From Albugo candida (taxonomy: Eukaryota), in NCBI GenBank assembly GCA_040437565.1, contig JBDOQK010000026.1, forward strand, positions 372,001 to 420,835: a stretch of DNA of 48,835 nt, read 5' to 3'. A program made the position numbers and the translations under genes. The notes beneath the pieces were generated by a model. That model was not told the DNA's origin, did not search any database, and saw nothing but the letters and a program-made list of their open reading frames with translations. This document shows positions 23,819 to 37,808 of the stretch, one piece after another (the first letter of the stretch is position 1; each line of letters begins with the position of its first letter).

Positions 23819-25342
23819 GACTTTATATTTTTGAAGATGGAATGCCACGGAATCACGGAGAAGTCTTGTGATGTACAAATAAACTGCCATCCAGTTCTTA
23901 TGAGAATGCTGCGATCTATTGCTGATGTAGAATAAATAGATCGACGTAATCACTTTCGATACGGTAATTCTCTTGTGGCTGAGCCATGCATGCCCAAAAT
24001 TCTGCAACCGTACAAGCAGCCCTGACTATCCGATAAAGTAAAGTAGCACATGAACCGACTTGTATAGATACTTTACATAATCTGGGGCACCATTAGCAAC
24101 CTATAAAAGAGTGTGTTGTTCATCATTCACTTGACATATATCTACATAATAACGACTACTATATGTAAGAGATAGCCACGGTCCTTTATTACTCCTGTCA
24201 TATTTATGTAACAAAAGGATAGTAAACTGTGCGGGGCATCACAGCAGCGCTTAAACCTATCGTCTACTTCCCTTACAACACTAATTACTGATTTGTTATC
24301 CAATCTGAACCAAGTATCACGTCTCAGTTTGCCGGCTACTACGTATCTGAGACCTGTACAAACACCATTGCTTATTCAAATAGGCTTTCGACCCATGATA
24401 TTTATCCACATCGCTATATCTTAGCAAATTACTGTGTGAAGATGAACAATACAAATGTATCATGCTTTTATGAATAATTAGGACACCTGTTGAGCGAAAG
24501 GTGCCCCTATGAGACACTACCGAAAGCTATGATGCTGAAGATGCTCGCCCGACCGTCTCGTCAAAGGCTCGTGAAGAAGTCCCCAAATGTGTGGCCTATC
24601 TCAAACCTCCCACTTTGGCTAGCTCCTTAAGTCGAAATGGTCCTTGCTTATAGTAAGACTTATATGAAAGTGCATTATCGCGTGATCCTCCGAGCTTGGG
24701 GCGATCCTACAGCTCTACACCAAATAGGAAGAACCGGAGTGGTTTGTCTTGACAAAAGAATCAAAAGCAGCTACACCTGTTAAAATAGCTCTGTCACCTC
24801 CCCATGAGCCTTCTGAAGGGTTGAGCATCGATGCACACTCCAAACAGGACTCTATTCAACTCCCCTACGCGTGATTACGGCGATTCAGCGTTACAGAGCC
24901 TACCGACGTGCTGAAAAATCATACGGGTGGCTGACGTGCCTGATGGAGTTCTTAGGCTGATACCCACAATGGTGGATGCATGCTGAAAGATAATTTGCAA
25001 GTCGGTAATCATTCCTGAAGCTGCAACTCGTATGTACGATACTATCGACACCTCACGCTTCCTTCATATATTCGGAGTCGACGCGGAGGAAAGACGACTG
25101 TGTGCATAATTCTATTCTCATCAAGAATTGGCTATTAAATGGTATTATTCATCCCATGAAGCCTATTCGATCAGAGAGTTCGGCATGCTTTCGATTATCA
25201 GCGTGCTTTCATGATTGTCAAAGTATGTGAGAAAATAGAAAAGAGGAAGCAATACTGACCTGAGAGAGAGAAGTGCTTCGACTTTAAAGAAATCAAATCA
25301 GGAAGAGACTTCTGTGTCACTAGAATTAGACTAAATGATTTT

Positions 25343-25554
25343 TGTCGAAAAGCAATGTTTCTTGGCCGAGTTCGAGACACAGCGGGTATCCAATCTAGCG
25401 GCATGATCACGGCGTGGATGGTACGTCAAGGATAGAAACGGTACATATCAGGTTAAGCCACTTGAAGAGAAAGGCCTAGTAGATTTAGAAGGATAATATA
25501 GTCACTTCGGTGTTTGGCACCAATCAAGTAGCTATCCTTCCTCTCAAAACGACA
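25343..25554 (+). repeat. 5' LTR of the copia element
   Basis: Aligns along its length with 29694-29909; terminal inverted TGTCG/CGACA; followed directly by the PBS. Confidence 0.9.
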
Positions 25555-28500
25555 GGTTATGAGCCCAAACCCAATGGATCAAGCTGCTCTGAATCAATCC
25601 CAAGCGCCGCGCACGTCACAAGAAGAGGATGAAGGAGATGAAGAGGGACATCGAAGCTCGCCTTAACAGGCTAGAAGCTCGACAGTTTACGAATGGCCAA
25701 GCATCGGTCGTTTTGGCAGGTAGAGGCACCTTCCAAAGTTACGCCAAGGCCCATACTGGACTCGGCAGGAGCGTGACACTAGCCTCTCCTGAAGATGAAG
25801 TCACGTCAAGTCCAGCGCAGCAGCATGCAGCAGAACATAGGCAACAAAGGGCAACTGGAGCGGGAGTGGGAATAGGAATGCACGCCCATCCATCACAAGA
25901 AGCCAAATATAGACAGGCACAAGCGCCGACGTACTTGCGGCGTCAAGGGTATCACGAATCGGGGATTCAAAGTTGGCAATTGAGAGCTTCGAAGGCAAGA
26001 AAGTGTACCTTAGTCTTGGTGCTGCATTCGGTCATTGAGAGAAGTGATTTCTTTACACCAGGTTCGAATCGCGGAAGAAATCAGTGAGTGCTTATGGTCT
26101 GAAGACATTAAGCTGGACAATTTTCGAAGATACTTGACTGGTAAAGCTGGTCAACACTTCCACAGCCAGGTGGACACCTGGTACACTGAGAACCCACAAG
26201 TGTGGTATTTATTGAACCGGATGAATATGATGTTAGTCCCCGAGATTTCAAAATCCAGGGCTTCAAGCTCTTTACGCCAAAGAAGAAAGATTCAGTTCCA
26301 TGGAATGATAACACTATGGGTTTGATGGTTGTGAGTGGTGCTGCTGGTGGTGTACCAGATCAGATGCTCGAGAATGTCGATAAGTATGCCTACTCGTCAA
26401 TTTCATTCTAAGGAATTCTCCTAGCACCGCTAAATCCGCAGTGAGATGACTTTTTGAGACAAGGAGAGGGATTGGTGCATTTGTTCAGATGGATGATCCT
26501 ACATTTAGCTTTGTATTCAAATCAACGTTAGCCGTTGTTGAGAGAACAAGGGATATGAGGATCGTAGACGCAAAAGATGGCACGAGATCAAGAAGCCAGG
26601 TGCTTGCTTCCAATATAAGAAGGAAGGTAAGTACAAGTGCGATTTCCCAAGCGAGGGGCAGAGGAATTCTACGCTGGACGTCGCAGTTGGTATGGAATCC
26701 ACATCCCATTGGATTCTCGAGAATGGCTCGAGTCGTCACGTTGTAACAAGGGAAGGACAGCTCCATGACGTAGAAGAGTGCGATGATGAGTGCATGATCC
26801 CGAACGGAGAGAGCATGGGACTGCATCTGAAGGGAAGATCTTAGTTCATGGCTTGCGTTGATGGTGAAGCTCGCCAAGTGAGTTTCGTGAAGTATTACGC
26901 AGAGAACCTTCCGTGGAAACTTACTTCGTATGGAAAGAGTGAGGAGTCGGGCTATGATGAGCTATTCTATAACGGACATAAACGTCACGTTGTCCGTCGC
27001 AGTGAGGGATGCAAAGTTTTGGTGTGGAAAAGGATACGAACAATCTATTGGTGGTGAGAGTTCTCGAGGTTGACATGAAGCAAGCCAACGATTGCGTATA
27101 CAATCCGGCAGCTCTCTGGATTTTCACTTACGCTTAGCTCATCTGTCGTATGACATAATTGAGCGCTTGGCAGGTGACCCTAAGAGTGAAAATTGTCTTA
27201 CGAACGATGAAAGACCGATGTTTGTGACATGTGCTCATGGCAAACAAAGACGCAACACACAGCCCTAGATGGACAGGGGATTGAACGCGTCCATTGACAG
27301 GATTGACGGACCCATCTGCAGTGAAATGAAAAGGCGAATCACGCCGACCGATAGACTTGGCAACCGGTACATGATTTATTTTATTGAACACAAAAATAAT
27401 CATTTGTCGCGTGTTCCTCGCCAAGACAAAGGACAAGGCGACGAAGCAGTTTGAACAGGTCTTCATCCACGTCGATCATCGTTTTAATTGCAAGATTCAC
27501 TGCCTACGCAAAGATGGTGGGAGTGAATACAAGATGGGCGATTTGTTTTGCAAGAATAAGGGTGTTCGTCGACAGCTATCGGAAGCTGATAAGCAGACAT
27601 CCAACCATCCAACTTAAAGGTGGAGCGCATGCATCGAATGATAATGAATATGATACGCTCTATGATTTTTGGGTCGCGCTAAACTCTGAGCTTCTGGGGT
27701 GATGCGGCGGAATACTCAGCATACATTCTTGATCGCAGACCAACTCGAGGAAACATTGGTCGCGCGTCACCGATTGAGGTGCTTGCAGGCATAAAGCCTC
27801 GCCTGACCGATATTCTTATTTTCGGCTCACATTGTATTGCTATCCGGACGTCAAAGCACAAACACTTGATCGACTCGGTGAGTAGAGCCGCATTAGCCGC
27901 GCAAGGGACATATGAAAAAAACCTCGTGGAAAACGTGGAGGTAAAAAAAAGGAAGACTGTCCGCAAAGGGTCGTGTCGATGAATCACTAGTGTCTATGGG
28001 TACGGTTACGCGTCACGGTGGGAAGAAGAACCCATCGCGTGAGATAGCTGGGGTGGTCTATCACGAAGATTTAAAAAGCTGGAATACTGCAATAAAGAGC
28101 GACAAAAGTGAAGAATAGAAGCGTGTAGCGAAATCCGAACTTGACTGATCGAGAATGACACTGGAAGCTGGTTGCACACAGTGATAAAATGCGCCTACTT
28201 CACACGAAATGGGTCTTTAAGACGAAAACAAAGGTGGAAGGTGCGCATGGTAGCGTGCGATAATAATAAGTCATTTGGAGATCATTATACGATGACACGT
28301 ACCGCTGTCATGAACATGACCACAGAAAAGTTATTTTAGAATTGTCGGAGATTTGGGCGTCCAGTGAGACATGGCGATGTGCCAAATGCATATGTCATGG
28401 CATCTACGGAGCTAGATATTGACATATTTTCATGTGTCCTACAGGGAATTATTGTGGAAAAGGAAAAGCTTAAGCGATTTGGTGTGCAGCAAGGTGGAGA

Positions 28501-29693
28501 GTGTGTTATATAGCTTTAGCGCAGTCTCTATGGCCTAATGCAGACAGGGCGGGTTTAGGCAAAATTATTGCATACATAATTGTCGCAATCGGGTTTTGTG
28601 CTATGTGTCATGGACATATATATGTCTCTACTACAAAGCTGACGGTGGAGATCAAATTCTCGTGGCAGTGTATGGCGATCATTTACTGACGGGAACATCG
28701 AAGAAGCGAGCTGTCCAAGTATTTAAGCTATTTGCAACGTTGCAGAGAAAGGACGTTTTAGCTATGAACAAGTTTCTGGGAATAAGAATTTCTCGTTCAT
28801 TTCACGGTGGATATAAAATTGACCAATAAGTGTCTATCGACAAGATGCTATCGATGTTTGGGCTCCAAGATGCACATTTTGTGACCACCCCAATTGGAAC
28901 TGATGATGACAACGATTTGCTCGAGGTAGACTCAATGCTTCCCAATGAGAATTCAAATGGATCTGCATCGGTGCCAGTCGCCTGTTGGTTCACAACTATG
29001 ACTAGAACGGTGTACGCGCCCGGACATCGCTTATGCGTTACACTGAGCAATTCACCGATCACATGCACCCTCTACAAGTGACTGGCAGCTGGCTAGGTGA
29101 ATTGCCAAGTATCTAAAGGAAACCAAGGACGTTAAGACTCGGCTTAAGCAAAAGGAAACTGCAGAATTGCTACGGTTGAGCGTACAGGCAACACTGACGC
29201 TGATTTTGCTGATGGTAAAGTCGACCGCGAATATACCATCGTTGGGATATATTGCGTAATTGGCATGATAGTGGGATGGACTTGTCGCAAGCAGATAGCC
29301 GCAGCACTATCCATCATGGAAGCAGAGTTCTCTTCGGCTTCACACGAAGGGCAAGAATTATTGAAGCTACGTGAGCTACTTACTGAATCAGAGTACAAGA
29401 TTAAATTTCCGATGTCTATGGAGATAAATAATCAACGGCAATCTGTCAATTGGAAAATGAAGAAATCTAGACGGTTGCGAAGCACATTGACATCAAGCTG
29501 AGATTCATCAAGAATTATGCTAAGAAAGGTGTCTTGAAACCTGTCGACATCCCGTCCGAAACGATGGCGGCTGACATGCTAACGAAAGCCTTTAGCGCTG
29601 TCCAGTTAAAAGACCTCATGAAACCGTGCTCGCTGGGTTAAGGAATGGAACGTAAAGGCGATCATAGTCACACGCGGCGCCGTGAGGGAGGAA

Positions 29694-29909
29694 TGTTGAA
29701 AAGCGATGTATCTTCACTGAGCATGAAACACAGCGCGCATCCAATCTAGTGGCATAATGACGGCGTGAATGGTACGTCAAGGGTAGAAACGGTACATACC
29801 AGATTAGGCTACGTGAAGAGAAAGTTTTAGCAGGTAAATAAGGATAATATACTTAATTCAGTATTTGCCACCAACCAAGTAGCTTATCTTTTCTCTCGGT
29901 AAAACGACA
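29694..29909 (+). repeat. 3' LTR of the copia element
   Basis: Preceded by a polypurine tract; TGTTG...CGACA. Confidence 0.9.
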
Positions 29910-30879
29910 ACTTTCCTGTTACATCTAGAGTCCTGAATAAAAAAACAACCAGACACATGCAATTACCTGTGCGAGTTGATCATATGCCGCTTACTAGGGT
30001 ATTCATTTTTTGGGTACAAACTCGTGATAGGCCCCATCTGGAGTAGAATGCATCGTAGAATTTCCAGCAAGTTTAATTAGTTCAATTTGATGCTACGACA
30101 AAGGTGACACGTACCCAAACAAATTGCACTTGCCGCGCCCAAAGCAGTGATATTCGAGTTCGAAATAGATCGAGTAATCCTTGCTGTTTGTCTGAGTCAT
30201 AACGCCGCGATAAAAGTACAGAACATGGTGCACCCTGAACTCGGTAAATATCTAAAATTGTCGGAGTAGCTACTCACCGATCGAATAATCGACGATTGCA
30301 ATCGCATCAGACAAAGTTCGGCGTCACCGCCTGCGATGCAAGCTATAAGTCATTTATACCTCAGTTGAACGTGTCTATACTACAAGAATTAGACTTACTG
30401 ACTTCTCTAGTTGCCTAGGCTATCTTAAATTAGAAAAACACATACAACAGATTCGTCGTGAAAATACCTGTGAGAGATGACAACGTAACTTCTCCTTCAA
30501 AGTCCTACTTTGCGGTAGCTTCAAAAACTATCAGAACACGAGACTGTATCCATCTTGTAAATGACGTAAAAAAGTTGTGAACTGACCAAAACTACCGAGT
30601 ATTTGAAATTGGTGTGCACAACACTACGCTGAACGTAGCCACCCAACTAGGACTAGGATCCGAGTTGCACTTGCATTTCGACTCAACTGTGTCGTGTCCG
30701 CAGCAATGTACTTTGACTTCTAAAAAATCCCCTGAATGATCCTTGTGTTGCGAGTTGATCCAACACCTTTGCCAACCTAATGCGTTCGTGTTGATTATGA
30801 ACTATCTTCGTAAGTACCGAGCGTGCGCAATAAACGTGATCTAGATCACGGAAAGTACTGAAATTGTCGGAGTTGCTGA

Positions 30880-32726
30880 TCGCTGGTCATACAAATGACG
30901 AATCTGGTCGGTCCTGATGAAGTGCAGCGTCACCGCTTGCAATGAAAGTGATAGATAGGATACAATTTGCAGCTAATCCTTTCATGCCGGCTGAAGTGTT
31001 CGCACAATTGCACATGCAATATGTGTCCGGCGTGGCGGGATGAGAAGAATTGATCCCATCTAGGGAGAAGCTACCTCCATAATTGTGCTGTGGGATCACT
31101 ATAGAAAAAAATGTTGATCGGGTTCCACTGTCCCACACAAAGGCTGTGCACAATATAATGTCGGGCTGAATATCCTCCAAAAACGAAAAAGGAAATCAAA
31201 ATCGCAAAAGGCTAGAAGAAACTGTAGATCTTTCAAAATCGGCAGGTCACGTTTCCAAAGATGTCTGGATGTAGTCATAAATGTTCCAACTCGGTCTGAG
31301 TCCAGTGCGTCCGATCTACCCTTGATGACAAATGTGTTGACATCGGATGACTCTTGGTTGGTTCAGGAGGTTTCCAGACGATTCATGAGATTTTGGAGCG
31401 TGGAATAGATAAGAAATAATGCTTCATCACCTTGCTTTGCACTATAATATAAAACAATCTCCACTTGCGTTTGGTTTGAGTTCACGGGATGAGACAAATC
31501 GTCCAGTGTACACGCTGTAGTATAGGAATGACTTGGCATTGTAAAGTCGACTCAATAACTTTTCTTCAGCCATATCCGATTTATTCAGCTCTTCGTCGTT
31601 TTGACATAGGTCGAGGAAGTCTTCCTTCGTTGGCCATGTGTCGCTTTCTCGAAAAAAGTCTTAGAGATTTCAAATCTCGAAAGCTGTAGCGAACGATTTT
31701 CAAAATATCCGATGTACTTCATCCAGCATGCAAATATTGTACCAAACGTTTAACGTTTGGTCTCGGTTTACGAGTAGCAGGACCATATTGTAATTTTTGG
31801 TCGCAGTGGAACCACATCGGTTGTTCCATGTAATACTGACGGCGTTGGAGAAAACTTAGATATAAAATTGTAATGCTTAAATGCATCCGATGCCACATTT
31901 TAAACGCGTGTTTCCGTCAAGAAGATATGCTCTCCCATCAAACCACTTCTCAATGTCGATGTGTTGCGATAGAAACTGGGTGTGTTGTAGCTTCAGTTGT
32001 CTCACCAAAACAGGAACTTGTACTTCACCATCCTGTCGACGAAGTTATAAAACGCTTTGCTGATCAGGTGAATGTGTTTCGTATCTTTCTTGTGTTTCCG
32101 ACCTAGCACAAATAAATCTAGTATCGAGTGCCACCGTTGAATAGTCTCAGCCGGAATGGCCAAGTATATAGAGTAGGGCCACAGACGTGACAAAATTATC
32201 GTCTGCGCAATCAGTGGTCGGCCACGGACAATTTGTGCACGTCGCAATCATACACCAAACCAACCATAAAAACGCTTGTCGAGAGTTGAATTAACCATCG
32301 AATGAGTCGGTGTCTGGCCGAACGCAATACCCAAATGCTTGACCAAATTGTCCGGACCCATTATGGTCAAATTGGGTATACGAGGGCATGGCATGGTCCG
32401 ATTTAGAGAGAGAAAGGATGATTGCTCAAGTTTACTTTCGCACCAGATCCATCGCAGTAGACTCGAACGTCAGAACACCATGTCACGTTCCTGAAAGCAA
32501 TGTCCAATCGTCTTCGAAAAATAATCTAGTAGCGACAGTCGGGCTCTTAATTCCAACGCCATGTTCTTCATATTGTCGAAGTCTATTTTTCGAGGTTCGA
32601 TCATCATCAGGAAAAGGAATTTTCAGAGAGTATCGCCTTGTTTCACTGCACGTTGTGGTGTAATGGACGGTGTGATAATTTCATCATTCATCAACTGCGA
32701 CTTCGTATTGGTGTACGAAAGACAAC
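30880..32726 (-). mobile_element. LINE-A (L1/Tx1-type), 3' fragment: RT C-terminal half and zf-RVT, decayed
   Basis: AVKQGDTL (QGDPLS motif), FFEDD at ~32507-32520 (FADD), VKHLG, RGRPLIAQTIILSRLW and zf-RVT remnant LPILKDLQF..CGTVEPDQHFF; many stops and frameshifts. 3' boundary approximate. Confidence 0.85.
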
Positions 32727-32899
32727 TGTAACAACCTTCATTTTTATGGATACATAGTTCTATATAGCTGGAGAACTGGATTAGCCAATCAGATAGGTAT
32801 ACCAGGATTCTTTGAGAATGAAATCCCGCTTTCCATTTTAAATCAAATAAAGCTCCGCCCCACAAATGTATTTCTCTGCTTCTTTCTGCCGGTGTTACA
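32727..32899 (+). repeat. 5' LTR of the chromovirus
   Basis: Shares TAACAACC, GGATTAGCCAAT, ACCAGGATTCTTT, TTTCCATTTT, ATCAAATAAAGCTCC and GTTACA, in order, with 37628-37808. Confidence 0.88.
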
Positions 32900-35800
32900 A
32901 CTGGTAGCACTTGCTGGTCGTCCCGGAAAAGTTTTTCTTTCGTGCTGTTAAGTCTCACTACATTGGGAAAGCCGCTCGCCGAGTGTTTGTCGCTTGTTCC
33001 AGCTCTATTTGGCTGGATTTGGTTTGTGATCATGAAGTCATTGAATCCCAAATATGGTACCCGAAGCCATCACGAAAACTTTGATTGAATTGGTCGACAA
33101 GCAGCAACAATTGCTTAAAACCATGACCAAGCGGGGATAAAAGTTGAAAGGATTAGCTTACCTCAATTTCATGGTAAACTGGGCGAATCCGTCGATCTGT
33201 ATTTTGTACAACTTGCTCAGTACTTTGAGGCTAAGAATATCGACTGGCGCGATGTTAGCCTAAGTGATCGAGTTTTGGCAATGACTACCGCCAACTTCAA
33301 AGGGAATGCTGCAGCTTGGTACTAGCTGAATATGTAATATATTAAGCACATGCAAGACCTCATCGTTCAAGTAAATGAATTTGTACCCCCGGATCTGCAA
33401 GAACGCTTGCGTGATCAATTGTACGCACCAAAAAAGGAGCTGTCCGAATTTGGACGTCTCTATTTCCCGTTTTCGTGGAGCTATATTGCAAGTTACGGAA
33501 ATGAGAGAAGTGGGTAAAATTAATTACTTAGCATGGACTAGTAATACCCACACGTGGAGAAGTACAATACGGCCGGTATGCCACAGTTTCACAAGCCATG
33601 AAGATTGTGTTGAAGTATGATCGCTCTCATCGTGTCCGTGGAAAAAATTACCGCTCCCCAGTATACTCGCAAGACCGGTCAAGTCCAACTTTTAATCGGC
33701 CTTATCATCATCAACAATCTGCATCACCGCGCCCGTAGTACAATACTCCAGAACAAATTGAGATTGACTCAAAATATGCAAAACATCGTCGCTCCTCCTC
33801 ATCAACTTTTTCTTCGAAGAATTTTCGCTACTGTAAGAAACCCGGTCATATCATCGAGCAATGTTACAAGCTGAAGTATAGAGAAGAAATCTCACGGCAC
33901 TCGACATGAGCAATCAGCTGTAAGCTCCGATGCTCTCACGTCTTCAGGGTTGACTTACTCGTTACCTTCAATTGTAGTCCAGGGGACGAAGTTGAAATTC
34001 TCGAAATGGAAGGGATTTTGACGTCGACTATAAATTCGGTGCATCCAAAGAATGAACTTAATCGTAAACAAAAGGAACTTGTGATGGAGCACTGTAGCTA
34101 TTATGTTTTGATAGCGGTACAGCCTGTAATGTTGTTCTTCTCGGCTTGGTGAAGAAAAGGACACAATCTGGTGTCTTCCAAGTTACAAGGTTTTATGGCA
34201 CTTCCACTAAGGCTCGCTCCATCAAAAAGGGTCTTGCAACTATCGTATTTGGTCGATATTAATTTCACAATTTACAAATCATGGAATGGCCATTGGGCTC
34301 TGCTCATGATTTCATTTGAAAAAACCGTGGTTTACCAAGTTCCAACCTAAACTCGATTGGCGTTCTCATGTAATTCAATCTCCGCATCAGCGCTTGTCTT
34401 CGAGACGCACTCCTAGGGATATTACCAGCGAAATTGATGTGGAAATTGCTGCAGTGGACTTCAAACGCAAAGTCAAGAAGCAGGAGTACGATAAAGTATA
34501 TCGCGTAAACATTTGCACTCTAATGACGGAGAGTGATACGGTACCTCGATCGGTTACTACCCTTTCGGAGGAGTCAGAAGATGTCTTTCCTGAGACGCTT
34601 CCTGATGGACTTCCATCTTCACGTCGTGTTGACTTTGATCTTATTATGAAACCGGATGCTGTACCTATAAACGTGCTTCGTTTTTCCTATCCAAGATGCA
34701 CTTGGCATGTTTGTTGAGGAAAAGTTCAAGAAAGGTTGGATCGAAATTTCAGACTATCCATGGGTTTCGAATATATTTTGTGTTTCTAAACAGGACTTCA
34801 TTACTGGGAAAAATATATCACGATCTAAATAAGTACGCTCTGACAATGCACATTTACGTCAATTCGCACACGATTATTTCGAAGATACCCTTCCTCGCAT
34901 AGACGAAAGTTTTGGTTAGATGTGTAGCTGTGTCATATTTCCAGCTCTGGATCTGGCCGAAAGTATGCCACCTATCGCACAAATGCGGAAATCTATCAGT
35001 GGTATGTGGCTCCTATGGAACTAGCTGGTATGCATGGTGTTGGGTCTCGTCTCAGGCGAGTATTTTTTGCGAAATACAAATTCATTGTTGTGTTTCTAGA
35101 TAAAATTTGTGTTTTCTCCACTAGTCTAGGCGAACACGTTGAACATATTCGCATTCTGTTTGGAGTTCCTCGGCGTGAGTACTTATTCTGTCATCAGTCC
35201 AAATGTCATATTGGCCAGTCAGAAGTGAAGTTTCTTAGTCATACAAATTCGGCTTAGGGACTTAGAGTGGATACTCGGAAGACAGAAGCTATTGCGAAGT
35301 GGCCGAATCCTACAAATCAGAAACAACTATTAAGCTTCTTGGGTTTGGCTGGTTACTATCGCCGTGAATACGCAACTCTTGCGTCGCCACTTGACCCTCT
35401 AGTAAAGAAAGAACATATTTGGGAATGGAAAGATGTCCAGACTCATGCCTTTGAGCGACTCAGGCCCGCTCTCTAAAACGCATCTGTGTTGAAATTACCA
35501 GGTCATTCAAAACGATTGATTGTCACAACGGACGCCTCTGGCTATTGTGTTCGTGATGTTCTTTCTCAGCTTCATTCTGGTTGCGATCATCCCATTGCAT
35601 TCTTTTCCAAGAAGCTGGGGATTCATGAGATTATTTGGCGGACACATGAAAAGGAACTTTTTGCAATCAAACATGAATTGGAAAAGTGGCGTCATTAGCT
35701 TTGAGGTCGTGAATTTGACATCTACACTGACAACACGGCATGCAAATGGTTTCTACATCCGAAAGTTTCGCCAAAGCTGGCTCGAAATTTGACATTCTTT

Positions 35801-37627
35801 CGCAATTTACATCTAAGCTGCATGCGTTCAAGTTCATTTAAATGTGGTAGCCGATGCTTTATCACGTCAAGGTTCCGAATTGTCAACGGCACTCGTGTCC
35901 AATCAACAGTTCGATGTTCATGATCGCGCAAGTTCATCCACACGTTTTCATATACCCGAGAGGGAGGATGCTATCAGCGACTATAATGTTGGTGCTTTGA
36001 AGCTTACTAATGACGATATACAGGGAAAATCAAGCACGTCGCGTTCTATAAACGCAACCGAGCCTTCGCCTGTGCTCGTTAATGTGACACAAGAATCTCA
36101 AAATTGGAGCTCGCTTGCTTGGTCAAATTCGGTGCACAAGGAATTCAACAATGGATATCGTACTTATTCAGGTTATGCCGAACAATTCAAACGTCCAGAC
36201 TCACTATATGTCAAACACGAAGGTTTGCTATACTGTAAGTCACAATTGATGACGCGTGTGTGCCAAATACAAAATATAATTATCTTCGAACTTTTCTCAC
36301 CGCATGCTTTCATGACTCCAACATTGCCTACATCCTGGTGCTCAACAAACATTTGTACGCATCACTCAATCGTATCATTGGCCTACATTAAATCAAGACG
36401 ACGTATGAAGTTGTGAAACATGCACTCGCTGAAAACACAGCAGCGCTCGAAAGAATGAAAAAATGATTCCGGCCCCGGAAGAAAGTTGGTCAGTTATCTC
36501 TATGGATTTCATTACGGATTACCGAAATTAAACAGATTTGATGCTATCATGACAGTTGTCGATAAATTGTCCAAACGGTCAAAATATTGGGCGTGCAATC
36601 GCAACGATGATGCCCATACGACAGCGTGTCATTTCTTCGATTGTGTTGATCTCATCATGGTCTACCATCGATTATTATCAGCGATCGAGATTTCACGTTT
36701 GTTTCGACATTTTGATCCTCTCTTGCTAAGTTGATGGGACTTCGTCTGCATATGACAACTTCATATCGGGCACAAGCCGACGGACAAACAGAACGTCAAA
36801 CTTTTATTTTGGAAGACGCTCTACGCTACATGATTTCGTATAATGGACGTGATTGGTCCGATTATTAAGAGACAATTGAATATGCTCATGCCACTCTCGT
36901 CAGTGCATCAAATGATATTTCACCTTTCAATATTGATACTGGTCGCAAGGACCGCAATCCGTTGAATCCACTAAGTACTCCTTGCGTCACAACTCACGTG
37001 CAAAAAACATGGAATCAGTGAGTATGCAAAAAGTTTTCAAATCCGTCGTCAAGAGATCATTAATCTAGCCACAAAAAATTTACTTCAAGGTCAGGATCGT
37101 CAAAATTTGTACTACGACAAAAAGCGCACTGATATTAATTTTAAAATTGGAGATTTGGTCATGTTTGACACTCGTCGCATTCCTGCGAAACATGTAACAC
37201 AAGACATTGATGGTATACGTGCCAAATTAGCTGCTCGCAAAGTTGGACCATTACAAATTATTAAAATGGTCAACTCGAATGTTGCGCAATTGAAGCTTCT
37301 AAGGAGTATGAGTAGATTGAACTCCACGTTTGATATTGACGTGTTGAGTCACTATGTGGGAAATCTACCGAGATTTCAAACTCATCCAATTCCGGAATCA
37401 TCCCGACTTATTTTTGACGAGGACAGTGGCGACACGATCCACATCATAGAACAGCTTTTTCAGAAGCGTCAATTTAATCGTGAACCTGAATGGCCCGTGA
37501 AGTGGCATGGATTATTCGAGCACGAAGCAACATGGGAGCGGGAGAAAGAAGTTTCTCATTTTTTTCATTGGAATGTTCTCATCGCCGATTTTAATGAAGC
37601 GGCAACGAGAAGTCGAATCCAGTAGGA

Positions 37628-37808
37628 TATAACAACCTCCATTGTACATGCATACATAATTCTACATATTTGGAGAAGTGGATTAGCCAATAAGTTAAGT
37701 AAGTTAGGTGAACCAGGATTCTTTAACTACAGAATCTTAGTTTCCATTTTCATCAAATAAAGCTCCTCCCACAACTATCTTTCTTCATTTCCTCCTGTCG
37801 GCGTTACA
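37628..37808 (+). repeat. 3' LTR of the chromovirus
   Basis: Immediately after the chromodomain ORF; homologous to 32727-32899. Confidence 0.88.

Larger units (their letters stand above)
25343..29909 (+). mobile_element. Full-length but decayed Ty1/copia LTR retrotransposon
   Basis: LTRs 25343-25554 and 29694-29909 (TGT.G...CGACA), PBS GGTTATGAGCCC at 25555, PPT GAGGGAGGAA before 29694, near-TSD ATTTT/ACTTT. Frameshifted remnants in copia order: protease WILENGSSRHV, pre-integrase HLRLAHLS, integrase RKDGGSEY and FWGDAAEY, RT KWVFKTK, GDVPNAYV and VYGDHLL, RNase H DADFA, EAEF, KHIDI and ADMLTK. Confidence 0.93.
32727..37808 (+). mobile_element. Full-length decayed Ty3/gypsy chromovirus inserted in the LINE-A RT
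   Basis: LTRs 32727-32899 and 37628-37808 (TGTAAC/TATAAC...GTTACA), PBS-like TGGTAGCA at ~32902. Gag FKGNAAAWY and EFVPPDLQERLRDQL, CCHC remnant YCKKPGHIIEQC, RT VVFLDKI and SFLGLAGYYR, RNase H TTDAS, integrase VVDKLSK, SDRD and DGQTER, terminal chromodomain VKWHG...EATWE. Confidence 0.93.

Noticed and set aside
23820..25340. Possible further TE or gene relic before the copia LTR
   Set aside because: No motif, terminal repeat or long ORF that I could identify by eye.
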